DNA of 52,293 nt. Origin: a virus (taxonomy: Duplodnaviria; Caudoviricetes). Numbering within the stretch: the first letter of the stretch is position 1; each line of letters starts with the position of its first letter. Under the pieces are notes generated by a model. That model did no database searches. It had not been told where the DNA came from and was given only the letters and a program-made list of their open reading frames with translations. Positions 44,073-52,293 of this stretch are shown in pieces. The stretch lies in the IMG/VR virus record IMGVR_UViG_3300022876_000006, positions 1 through 52,293 of that record; one strand, given 5' to 3'. The translations under genes and the position numbers were made by a program.

Positions 44073-44441
44073 ATGGCCGAAGAACAGGAGCCGACGAAGG
44101 AAGCCATCAAGCAGAAGAAAAAGCGCGAGAAGGCGGCAGCGAAGGATGCTGCATTGGGCGTCGAGAAGTTCACGATTGAGGTCGCCGGGGTATTTAAGCC
44201 AGACCTCAAGCGGGTCATGGCCGCCCACGGCATCAACAACCAGCAGGACGTTCACCAGCGGCTGCTGATGAACCTGATCGCCGGCGACTTCGAAACCCAG
44301 GCCAAGATGCTCCGTCGTGTCACGACACCTTACGAACCTAGCGAAAAGGTGTCGCGAGCATTTTACGAGAAGAGCATGGCCGAGATTGCGGCAGATCCCG
44401 GTGATGAGGTGATCAGGCCTGAAGTCTATCGAAGTACTTGA
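44073..44441 (+). CDS. Hypothetical protein
   Basis: GAGG SD; basic N-terminus; contains bipartite site copy 3. Confidence 0.75.
   Translation: MAEEQEPTKEAIKQKKKREKAAAKDAALGVEKFTIEVAGVFKPDLKRVMAAHGINNQQDVHQRLLMNLIAGDFETQAKMLRRVTTPYEPSEKVSRAFYEKSMAEIAADPGDEVIRPEVYRST
44317..44357. repeat. Bipartite inverted-repeat site, copy 3
   Basis: GTGTCACGACAC-N20-GTGTCGCGA. Confidence 0.75.
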
Positions 44442-44670
44442 CCGTCCAATCTTGGGCAGCGGACAGGGCTTCGTCCTTTGAATGCCATTCGCCTCTCAGG
44501 GTGTATATGCGCTCCTCGGCCTCACCATCCTGAATCTTCGCATCAATGTCGACACCGCCGACGATGCCGGTCTTCATGTCCACGCGGTAGGTGTACCTGA
44601 TCAGCCGGTCGCGAAACCTGAAAGCGTTTGCGGGGAATTCTGAACCATGGAGTGGCACAAACATATTCAT
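44413..44670 (-). CDS. Small hypothetical protein (antisense moron)
   Basis: AAGGAG SD; MNMFVPLHG... Confidence 0.65.
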   Translation of the reverse strand: MNMFVPLHGSEFPANAFRFRDRLIRYTYRVDMKTGIVGGVDIDAKIQDGEAEERIYTLRGEWHSKDEALSAAQDWTVKYFDRLQA

Positions 44671-44807
44671 CTCCTTCCGGCTCCATGCCGGGCCGAACAC
44701 AAATACCCCACTTCTACGAATCACGCCAGCCGGCGAGGCAATGGATCATTTGCATGCTCAGTCCGATCCTTTGCAATGCCGAAACGAAATCGCAAAAGTG
44801 AAATGAT

Positions 44808-45500
44808 TTATCTCAGCAGTTTGGATTTTATATACTCATAGGCCTGCTTCGATAGCTCATCCGCCTTCGCCAAAATCCTGCCCTCTTGCCACCCATCAAG
44901 CTCAAACTTGTCGCCTAACTCTATGATCCTGGTTTTGAATAAATCTACCCTTTCAAATTTTACATCTGGTTCAATTGCCGCCGAAAAAAGACGCACACAC
45001 CCATAAAACTCATCACAAATATTTATTATTCCACCGAATGAGTTTGATAGCTCATCCCCCCACAAAGCACGTGCCTCAATGAGAAGCACTTGCAAGTCAG
45101 CCCTCTGAGTTTTAGCCTTCTCCATTCTAACTATAAAACTATTTGTCACGCTTCTAAGCAAGTCTGGCGGAAGCCCCTCAAAACCAACAATGCAGTTATT
45201 CCTACAGAACTGCATATCTGCATAAGCTGACTGAATAGTTTCCTTAAGATTTATCAGTGAGACAGCCAATTTGCGGGCTAGCTCGTGGTCTGACTCTGCT
45301 TTTATTTGGCTTCGCCATGCATTAATACTGAAAGCTGCAAGGATCACAGCCACAACCGTCGCAGCGGAAGAAAGTATTTCAAACAGGTCGTGAATATTGT
45401 CAACGGTATAGAAATCCGTTTTCAGCCTAATACTGCCCCACGTAACACCTGCAAGAAATATCAATACGCAGGTCAGCCAAATAATCCAGTCCTTCTTCAA
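44808..45500 (-). CDS. Membrane-anchored hypothetical protein (low-GC moron)
   Basis: TTG start after AAGGAG; two N-terminal TMs then a helical domain; markedly AT-rich. Confidence 0.75.
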   Translation of the reverse strand: MKKDWIIWLTCVLIFLAGVTWGSIRLKTDFYTVDNIHDLFEILSSAATVVAVILAAFSINAWRSQIKAESDHELARKLAVSLINLKETIQSAYADMQFCRNNCIVGFEGLPPDLLRSVTNSFIVRMEKAKTQRADLQVLLIEARALWGDELSNSFGGIINICDEFYGCVRLFSAAIEPDVKFERVDLFKTRIIELGDKFELDGWQEGRILAKADELSKQAYEYIKSKLLR

Positions 45501-45565
45501 GACGTTCTCCTTTTTGCTAATTAACTGATTATGCCGGAGCAAACCGCTATCGGCGAGGATCCCCT

Positions 45566-47611
45566 ATGTCCGCACTACAGAAGAAACACCCCTTCGATTT
45601 CAAAACTCAATACGGACTCGGCTTCAGCACTCAGGACGATGAGATCGTTGTCGACTTCTTCTGCGGTGGCGGCGGCGCTGGTACCGGGCTGGAAATGGGC
45701 CTGGGCCGCGCGGTGAACGTTGCGAAGAACCACAGCGCCGCGGCGATCAGCATGCACACCGTCAATCACCCGGGCGCGAAGCACTACACGACCGACGTGT
45801 TCGACGGTGATCCCGACACCGAGTGCGGCGGCAAGGCCGTGGGCTGGTTTCACATGTCGCCGGACTGCACGCATCACAGCCAGGCCGCCGGCGGTCAGCC
45901 CCGCAAGCGCGAGATCCGGAATCTGTCGTGGATTGGCCTGAAATGGGCCGGCAAGAAAAAACCTCGCGTCATCAGCCTGGAAAACGTGAAACAGATCCTC
46001 CAGTGGGGGCCGCTGATCGCCAAGCGCTGCAAGGTCACCGGGCGCGTCGTGAAGCTGGGCGGCGGTGTTGCTGAGCCTGGCGAGGTCGTACCGGTCAGCC
46101 AGCAGTTCCTGGTACCGGACCCAGCGCGGCGCGGGAAGACCTGGCGCGTGTTCGTCGCTGAGCTGCAGCGCCTGGGCTACGCCGTCGAATGGCGAGTGAT
46201 CAAGGCCTGCGATTTCGGCGCCCCGACCAGCCGTGAGCGCCTATTCATGATCGCTCGCTGCGACGGTCGGCCGATCGTGTGGCCTGAGCCGACCCACGCG
46301 AAGAACCCGGCCAAGGGCCAGAAAAAGTGGCGCACCGCAGCCGAGTGCATCGACTGGACCATCCCGAGCAAAAGCATCTTCGACCGGGCAAAGCCGCTGG
46401 CTCCGGCCACGCTGCGCCGAATCGCCAAGGGCATGAAGAAGTTCGTCATCGACGCGGCTGACCCGTTCATCGTGCCGATCGCAAACTGGTCCGGGGGAAG
46501 CGTGCAGTCGGCGAACGAGCCGCTGCGTACTGTAACGTCCTGGCCGCGCGGCGGATCGTTCGCAATGGCCAGCCCGATCATTGCCCCAGCCACGCATCAG
46601 GGCAGCGACCGGATCAACGATCCTCACGCCCCGCTGCCAACGGTCACCTGCGCGAATCGCGGCGAGCTGACGCTGATCAGTCCGGTGATGGTTGGTGCTG
46701 GTGGCCCAGCGTACAGCGGCAAACCGGCGTCAGCCGATCAGCCAGCCGGAACGCTGATGACCCAGAACCACCGCGCAATCGCGGCGGCGCACCTGGTCAA
46801 GTTCCGGTTCTCGGATGAAGGCAAGGCGCTCGACGAGCCGCTGCCGACCATCACCAGTGGTGGCAACTACCAGCGCCCTGCCGGCGCCGCGCACGCCATG
46901 GGCATCTCGACGGTGTTCATGGCCCAGATGAATGGCGGGTTCAACACCACGGCCGCCAAGAGCATCGAGGACCCGATGACCACGATCACCAACACCGGCA
47001 GCCAGCAGCAGCTGGTGACCGCGAACTTGGTGCATCTGCGCGGCAACTGCGATGCCCGGGACACTTCAGACCCGTTGTATACCGTCAGTGCCGGCGGCAC
47101 CCACCATGGGCTGGTCACGGCCTTCATGGAACGCCAGTTCGGCGCCAGCGTCGGCCAGGGCGTGGACGAGCCGGCGCCGACCATCACCGCGGGCGGTGGC
47201 GGCAAGAGCTCGCTGGTCGAGCTGCAGCTATCGCCAGACGTTGAAGCCGGCGCGCTGCGGGTCGCCGCATTCCTGATCAGCTACTACGGCACCGAGAACG
47301 TGAGCGGCGCCGGCGAACCAGCCCCCACGGTCACAACCAAGGATCGACTGGGCCTGGTCACCGTCACCATCAAGGGCACGCCCTACGTGATCGTGGACAT
47401 CTGCCTGCGGATGCTGCAACCGGCCGAGCTGTACAAGGCTCAGGGATTCCCCGACGACTACATCATCAGCCACGGCGCCGACGGGAAGCAGTTTACCAAG
47501 ACCCAGCAGGTGCACATGTGCGGCAACAGCGTCAGCCCGCCGCCGATGGCAGCACTGGCACGCGCCAACGACCCGTGGAGCGCTGTCGAACAGCGAGCAG
47601 CCGCGGCGTAG
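45566..47611 (+). CDS. C5 cytosine DNA methyltransferase with expanded repetitive variable region
   Basis: DFFCGGGG (I), SPDC (IV), ENV (VI), RERLF (VIII), LRML.P.EL..AQGFP (IX), GNSV (X). Confidence 0.92.
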   Translation: MSALQKKHPFDFKTQYGLGFSTQDDEIVVDFFCGGGGAGTGLEMGLGRAVNVAKNHSAAAISMHTVNHPGAKHYTTDVFDGDPDTECGGKAVGWFHMSPDCTHHSQAAGGQPRKREIRNLSWIGLKWAGKKKPRVISLENVKQILQWGPLIAKRCKVTGRVVKLGGGVAEPGEVVPVSQQFLVPDPARRGKTWRVFVAELQRLGYAVEWRVIKACDFGAPTSRERLFMIARCDGRPIVWPEPTHAKNPAKGQKKWRTAAECIDWTIPSKSIFDRAKPLAPATLRRIAKGMKKFVIDAADPFIVPIANWSGGSVQSANEPLRTVTSWPRGGSFAMASPIIAPATHQGSDRINDPHAPLPTVTCANRGELTLISPVMVGAGGPAYSGKPASADQPAGTLMTQNHRAIAAAHLVKFRFSDEGKALDEPLPTITSGGNYQRPAGAAHAMGISTVFMAQMNGGFNTTAAKSIEDPMTTITNTGSQQQLVTANLVHLRGNCDARDTSDPLYTVSAGGTHHGLVTAFMERQFGASVGQGVDEPAPTITAGGGGKSSLVELQLSPDVEAGALRVAAFLISYYGTENVSGAGEPAPTVTTKDRLGLVTVTIKGTPYVIVDICLRMLQPAELYKAQGFPDDYIISHGADGKQFTKTQQVHMCGNSVSPPPMAALARANDPWSAVEQRAAAA

Positions 47612-47716
47612 TCACAGCCACGGCATCGCCGCCAGCCAATCGACCAGGCGTATCAGCATTTGGCTGAGTAGTTCGATCAGTAATTGGTACATCAAATCGG
47701 CGATCAAGCCTTTCAT
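47612..47716 (-). CDS. 34-aa hydrophobic/amphipathic peptide
   Basis: MKGLIADLMYQLLIELLSQMLIRLVDWLAAMPWL*, GGAG SD, convergent with the methyltransferase. Confidence 0.5.
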   Translation of the reverse strand: MKGLIADLMYQLLIELLSQMLIRLVDWLAAMPWL

Positions 47717-47824
47717 TGAGTGAAGTCTCCAGAAATGAGAGAGACGTTGGCTCTCTTCATTATATGGGCCTTCAAACTTCCTCCCATTCCACTGCCCGGG
47801 CATGCCCCCGGCATAGGACGCCCC

Positions 47825-48436
47825 ATGCCCACAGAAAACAAACCTTCCGAATCGCTGCTGGCACTGGCGACCGGCGCCAAGCCAAAGTCCTACCCTGACC
47901 GACTCTGTCATATCGATTACACGGCACACCCACATCGCTGTGGGTGCTTGAGTGGCGACGATGAAGCGCAGCGGCGTTTTGACGAATACCAACGCGACAC
48001 CAAGCTCGCGACAGCTGAAGGCGAGGTCTCGCGACTCACCGCCGAGCGTGACGCCCTGCAGCTGCGCCTGAACGCAGCGGATCAACTGAACGATGATCGT
48101 GCCGGGACTTGCAAATGGAGTCGCGAAGACGACAGCGGCATCTGGAACAGTGGCTGCGGTGAGACCTGGTCATTCCATGAGGATGGGCCGGAAGAAAACG
48201 GCATGCGCTTCTGCCATTCCTGCGGCAAGCACTTGGTGGTTGAGGTGGCTGAACAGGAGCAGGATGACGACTGGCACATGAGCCCGTGCAAGCAAGGCCA
48301 CCGCGATGTCGGTGCCTCGGGCGGTGTGGCGGCGTGCAACCAGTGCGACGAGAAGATCGAGGCCGCGACCACACAGGAGGCTTTCGAGCGCTGGAACGCT
48401 ACTCACCCAGCCAGCGAATCAGCCGAATCCCGATAA
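47825..48436 (+). CDS. Mosaic Cys-rich hypothetical protein, Lar-like C-terminus
   Basis: FCHSCGK and C..C...EAFERWN motifs; coiled coil. Confidence 0.7.
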   Translation: MPTENKPSESLLALATGAKPKSYPDRLCHIDYTAHPHRCGCLSGDDEAQRRFDEYQRDTKLATAEGEVSRLTAERDALQLRLNAADQLNDDRAGTCKWSREDDSGIWNSGCGETWSFHEDGPEENGMRFCHSCGKHLVVEVAEQEQDDDWHMSPCKQGHRDVGASGGVAACNQCDEKIEAATTQEAFERWNATHPASESAESR

Positions 48437-48516
48437 GAGTACATCTGTACTCCTCCCGCAGAATTACTCCCTCCCCCTTAAAGTCAGCCGCTATAGCGGC
48501 AAGGACGAGCTCGCCC

Positions 48517-48840
48517 ATGGAAACGATAAAACTGATTCAGCCGGCACCGGTTGTGCGCGATGAAAACGGCATGTTCTGGCACCCGGAACTGCCGCCATTT
48601 GATGAAGGTGATGGCGAGAAGTGCAAGAAGTGGCTCGCCGAGCAGCACCTGGTCGTGAAGATGACAAGTATTGAGGATGCGCCGGACGAGATATCGGAGC
48701 GCTACTTCGACTCCCACGATCCGGATTGCAGCTATTGGGAGCCGGATCGTCCAGATGGTGAAGGCTGGTTCTGCCTGTCGATCCACGACACCGACGATGG
48801 TCCGGTCTGCTGGTGGGCACGCCGCGAGGTGACGCCATGA
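48517..48840 (+). CDS. Hypothetical protein
   Basis: VVRDENGMFWHPELP...WEPDRPDGEGWFCLSIHDTDDGPVCWW. Confidence 0.8.
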   Translation: METIKLIQPAPVVRDENGMFWHPELPPFDEGDGEKCKKWLAEQHLVVKMTSIEDAPDEISERYFDSHDPDCSYWEPDRPDGEGWFCLSIHDTDDGPVCWWARREVTP

Positions 48841-49403
48841 TCATCGATGACGTAATGACGGACAGAATCACGCTGCACGGGCTGGGCTTCGTACAGGTTC
48901 AGCTCCAGGGCAATCAACGGCTGCACGTGTGGCACCCTGAACTGCCGCGGCGGGCGTGCTTCGAGCATTCAGCGATCCATGACCACCGCTTCAACTTCAC
49001 TTCCCGCGTCATTGTCGGCACGCAGTTCAACCATGAGTTCAAACTCGTCTGCCATGACGCCGGCGAATTCATGCTTTACCTCCACGAAGGCGCTCGGACA
49101 GCGGGCGGCGGCCGGCCATGGACGCCGGACGGTCGGGCAGATTTGGTGCATGTCGGAACAATCGGAATTACCGCCGGCAACGATTACAACACCCGAGCAT
49201 ACGCATATCACCGCACTGAGCCGGGCAGCGATGGGCGTGTGGCGACGATCATGGCCAAGCGTGGCGAGTATCCGGCCGGTGCCCACTCAACCTGCCGCGT
49301 CGGCGTTGAGCCTGACACTGACTTCGACCGGTTCCAATGGTCGCCAGCTCAACTCTGGGAGGTCGTCAGCGATGTGCTGCTCGGCCAGAAGGTGACGCCA
49401 TGA
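48837..49403 (+). CDS. Cupin-like protein (HxH metal motif)
   Basis: RLHVWHP...IHDHRFNFTSRVIVG...YHRT. Confidence 0.7.
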   Translation: MIIDDVMTDRITLHGLGFVQVQLQGNQRLHVWHPELPRRACFEHSAIHDHRFNFTSRVIVGTQFNHEFKLVCHDAGEFMLYLHEGARTAGGGRPWTPDGRADLVHVGTIGITAGNDYNTRAYAYHRTEPGSDGRVATIMAKRGEYPAGAHSTCRVGVEPDTDFDRFQWSPAQLWEVVSDVLLGQKVTP

Positions 49404-49774
49404 CCAAGCGCGCGGTTCACCTTTACCCGTGGGACGGCGGCACCGAGGCAGATCAGGATCCGCCAGAGCACGTCTATTGCGGCACCGACGGCGACATGGC
49501 CGACGAGCAGCTCACCAATGACTGGCGATACGTCACCTGCAAGCGCTGCCTCAAGGTCCGCGAAAAAGAACTGGCCGCACGAGCAGCGGACGACCGAGAC
49601 CAGAAGGTCAAGCTGTTCGACGAGGCCCAGGCCATCACCATCACGCTGGGTCACCGCAACATCTCGACAGCTATCAAGGCTTTGATCAGGGAGCGCGACC
49701 AGCTAAAGGCCGAGCGCGACAACCTGCGCGAAGACCGCGACGGCCTACTCGAAGCAGGAGCGCACCTACTATGA
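49400..49774 (+). CDS. Hypothetical protein with VTCKRC motif
   Basis: ATGA overlaps; His/Cys pattern and coiled coil. Confidence 0.7.
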   Translation: MTKRAVHLYPWDGGTEADQDPPEHVYCGTDGDMADEQLTNDWRYVTCKRCLKVREKELAARAADDRDQKVKLFDEAQAITITLGHRNISTAIKALIRERDQLKAERDNLREDRDGLLEAGAHLL

Positions 49775-49827
49775 TCTTCGCCCCGCTCTACATGGCCTAC
49801 CTGATCTACAGGGGGCCGTGGCGATGA
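49771..49827 (+). CDS. 18-aa micropeptide
   Basis: MIFAPLYMAYLIYRGPWR*, AGGAG SD, ATGA overlaps at both ends. Confidence 0.5.
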   Translation: MIFAPLYMAYLIYRGPWR

Positions 49828-50279
49828 GTGCACCGATTGAGCCGCAGGATTATCTATACGGCGTCAAGGTCGTGCAGATCGAGGATATCCGAGTCGCCCG
49901 GGGCCTCACTCGCCGACCTTACTCTTCATGCACGCACAGGAAGATGGTCTACGACGACAAGGAGCGCCGCGTCTGGTGCAGTGATTGCGAAACCGGGGTC
50001 GAAGCGTTCGACGCTTTTCTCCACCTGGTGGAAAAGTTCAGCGCCGCAGCGGGCCGAATCAATCGCCGCGCTGCCGAACTGGCCGAGGCAGAAAAATTCC
50101 AGATCCGCAGTCGTGCCGCTAAGGTGATGGACGAAGCCTGGCGCAGCACGAAGATGGCCCCGCTCTGCCCTCACTGCAATACCGCGATCCTCCCCGAGGA
50201 CGTTGCCGGCGGCGTAGCAAGCACCTCGAAAGCCTTGGTTGCCGCTGCGCGCAAACGCCTGCAGACGAACAAGCCTTAA
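49824..50279 (+). CDS. Hypothetical zinc-binding protein
   Basis: CTH...WCSDC and LCPHC motifs. Confidence 0.75.
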   Translation: MSAPIEPQDYLYGVKVVQIEDIRVARGLTRRPYSSCTHRKMVYDDKERRVWCSDCETGVEAFDAFLHLVEKFSAAAGRINRRAAELAEAEKFQIRSRAAKVMDEAWRSTKMAPLCPHCNTAILPEDVAGGVASTSKALVAAARKRLQTNKP

Positions 50280-50330
50280 CCCCTCCCCCAACTCAACAGC
50301 CTGCCGGTGTACGGCGGGCGAGGAATTCGT

Positions 50331-50714
50331 ATGTCTGAAATCAAGTGCGAACACGGCCACACAGTGCGAATGGGCACCGTCGAATGGCTCGACACGATGA
50401 CGCTGGATCAGCTTCGCTTCGCACGCAACACGGCCGCAGACAAGATCAAAGCGGCGGAAGAGCAGCCCCAGCGAATCGTTTGGCGCGTGTGCCGCGGCGC
50501 TATCTGCGTGGGCAACTATCGCGAGGAGGATCACGAAAAGGCCGCCGATCAATTCCTGCGCATCTTCAAAGAAACGTTCATGGAAGAAGCGGCCGAATAC
50601 GTGGCCAAGCCTTACGGGACTGAGACCTTCCGCCGGCAACTGCCGAGCATCGAGGTCGAGCGCTGCACCCAGTTCGAATACGAGAACGAGTGGTTCCCCA
50701 CCAAAACCGAATAA
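50331..50714 (+). CDS. Hypothetical protein
   Basis: GAGGA SD. Confidence 0.75.
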   Translation: MSEIKCEHGHTVRMGTVEWLDTMTLDQLRFARNTAADKIKAAEEQPQRIVWRVCRGAICVGNYREEDHEKAADQFLRIFKETFMEEAAEYVAKPYGTETFRRQLPSIEVERCTQFEYENEWFPTKTE

Positions 50715-50751
50715 CCACCTTCTGCCGCCACGCGCGGCATGGAGCAACACA

Positions 50752-50994
50752 ATGGAAACTGAAATTCTCTCCGACGAGGAGCTGGCCGAGCTCACCGGCT
50801 ACAAGGCACGGGCCTACCAGCGCCGCTGGCTGATTGATCGCCAGTGGGTATTCGTCGAAAGCCGCGGCAAGCGTCCTCTGGTTGGTCGGATGTACGCCCG
50901 CATGAAGCTGGGCATGATCAGCCCCACCATCGCCGATCCGAACCCGCCGCCGGCCGCACCGGTATGGACACCTGATTATTCGCGAGTGAATTGA
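50752..50994 (+). CDS. Excisionase-like (DUF4224-like)
   Basis: LSDEELAELTGYK...Q.RWL...G.RPLVGR; immediately upstream of the integrase. Confidence 0.8.
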   Translation: METEILSDEELAELTGYKARAYQRRWLIDRQWVFVESRGKRPLVGRMYARMKLGMISPTIADPNPPPAAPVWTPDYSRVN

Positions 50995-50995
50995 T

Positions 50996-52045
50996 ATGCG
51001 CCCCCGCAAGACCGAGCACCAGCACCTGCCCCCTCGAATGTACAAGCGATCCCGAAAGCGCAAAAACGGTAGTACGTGGACCGCATATTACTACCGCGAC
51101 CTGCTCGGCAATGACATCCCTCTGGGCAAGGATATCGACAAGGCCAGGCTGAAGTGGGCCGAACTCGAAGCCAAGGAAAAGCCGGTCGACCTGCGCACCA
51201 TGAAGGGAATCTTCGATCGATACATTCGCGACGTGGTGCCGAAGAAAGCACCGCGCACGCAGAAGGACAACCTGGCGGAGATCAAGCAGCTTCGGCCGAT
51301 GTTCGATAGCGCACCGATCGACTCGATCACGCCAGCAACGATTGCTGGCTACAGAGACGCGCGATCGGCAAAGGTCCGGGCGAACCGTGAGATCGCTACC
51401 CTCTCCCACATTTTCAACATCGCCCGGGAATGGGGGCTGACGACAAAAGAAAATCCCTGCCAAGGTGTGCGCAAGAACAAGGAGACGCCGAGGGACTATT
51501 ACGCGAATGATGTGGTTTGGGAGGCGGTGTACAAGCAGGCAGTTCAGGAGCTGAAAGAAGCGATGGACCTGGCCTATCTGACCGGGCAAAGGCCGGCAGA
51601 TGTGCTGGTTATGCGGAAGGATGATGTTGAAGGCGGATTTTTGACTGTTCAGCAGAACAAGACGCACAAGAAGCTGCGCATTCAGATGACGACCGCCGGA
51701 GAGGCGAACAGCCTGGGCATTCTGATCGCGGCAATCACAGAGCGAAACGCTGCGCATGTCTCGAGCTACCTGATCATCAACCGGAGCGGTAAACGGATGA
51801 CGGCGACGATGCTGAGGAAACGGTGGGACGCGGCGCGGGAGAAGGCAAAGTTGGAAGCGCTTGAGCAGGGAGACGAACTGCTGGCGAAGCGGATCGGTGA
51901 ATTTCAGTTCCGGGACATTCGGCCAAAGGCGGCGTCGGAAATCAGCGATGTGGGTGACGCCAGCCTGCTGCTCGGGCACACAAAAGGCGATATTACCGAG
52001 CGAGTTTATCGTCGCGTCGGCGCCATCGCCAAACCATCAAAATAG
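50996..52045 (+). CDS. int: Tyrosine integrase
   Basis: LAYLTGQRPADV, QNKT, FRDIRPKAAS, LLGHT...TERVYRR catalytic motifs. Confidence 0.95.
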   Translation: MRPRKTEHQHLPPRMYKRSRKRKNGSTWTAYYYRDLLGNDIPLGKDIDKARLKWAELEAKEKPVDLRTMKGIFDRYIRDVVPKKAPRTQKDNLAEIKQLRPMFDSAPIDSITPATIAGYRDARSAKVRANREIATLSHIFNIAREWGLTTKENPCQGVRKNKETPRDYYANDVVWEAVYKQAVQELKEAMDLAYLTGQRPADVLVMRKDDVEGGFLTVQQNKTHKKLRIQMTTAGEANSLGILIAAITERNAAHVSSYLIINRSGKRMTATMLRKRWDAAREKAKLEALEQGDELLAKRIGEFQFRDIRPKAASEISDVGDASLLLGHTKGDITERVYRRVGAIAKPSK

Positions 52046-52054
52046 GCAAAAAAT

Positions 52055-52068
52055 GCGTTCCATAACTC
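52055..52068 (+). repeat. Putative integrase arm-type site
   Basis: GCGTTCCATAACTC identical to 226-239. Confidence 0.7.
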
Positions 52069-52169
52069 AAATCGCGCCCCTTGTAGAATGCGGTCTGTAG
52101 AGGTGCTGCAAAACAAAAGTATTGGAACGAAAAAGAGTCTGAGGCCGCGTATTCAGCGGCTTTCCATAG

Positions 52170-52277
52170 CGGTCTTGAAAACCGTCGACTGTAACAGGTC
52201 CATGAGTTCGAATCCCATCGCCTCCGCCATCTTATGTACGACAAAGCCCTGATTATTCAGGGCTTTGTCGTTTCTGG
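52170..52277 (+). repeat. Right att junction (displaced tRNA 3' fragment plus terminator)
   Basis: Direct repeat of 67-174. Confidence 0.95.
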
Positions 52278-52293
52278 GGTTTGAGATTTTCAC

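Larger units (their letters stand above)
67..52277. mobile_element. Temperate lambdoid siphovirus prophage (~52.1 kb), apparently complete
   Basis: Flanking 108-bp direct repeat, integrase and excisionase at the right end, complete immunity, replication, packaging, head, tail and lysis modules. Confidence 0.96.

Noticed and set aside
43988-44179. Arg-rich ORF as an N-like antiterminator
   Set aside because: Far from pL, overlaps the next gene extensively, and only weak compositional resemblance
45566-47611. Complete restriction-modification system
   Set aside because: No adjacent endonuclease motifs; the methyltransferase appears to be an orphan
50918-51979. Long antisense ORFs (also 22375-23310, 32931-33995, 17903-19216)
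   Set aside because: Shadow frames of high-GC genes with clear function on the opposite strand
52170-52229. Apparent second tRNA-Ser
   Set aside because: Lacks the 5' acceptor strand and D-arm; it is the att duplication

Overview
The window is essentially one apparently intact ~52.1 kb lambdoid siphovirus prophage (Pseudomonas-like by composition and protein families). It is integrated into the 3' part of a tRNA-Ser(TGA) gene and bounded by a 108-bp direct repeat (67-174 / 52170-52277, 1 mismatch). Left to right: a LexA-box-preceded operon with an SRAP/YedK gene; endolysin and spanins; an O-acyltransferase moron; tail, head and packaging genes (minus strand) interrupted by several low-GC morons; holin-like genes; Q-like, ninG, ninB, P/O-like replication genes; Rha/ANT; cro/cI with 17-bp operators; the early-left operon (bet, YqaJ exonuclease, large C5 DNA methyltransferase, many small genes); xis and int. 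The least explained signals are non-coding: (i) a bipartite site CGACAC-N20-GTGTCG present three times with identical spacing, twice inside genes; (ii) a ~200-nt multi-stem RNA candidate in the late leader; (iii) a boxA-linked, possibly pseudoknotted pL leader; (iv) a candidate antisense sRNA against the Rha/ANT leader. Also notable are a pair of mini beta-helix-like paralogs, a methyltransferase with about 8 repeated TRD-like modules, and several unannotated micropeptides. All family assignments come from motif recognition and synteny; no database searches were run.
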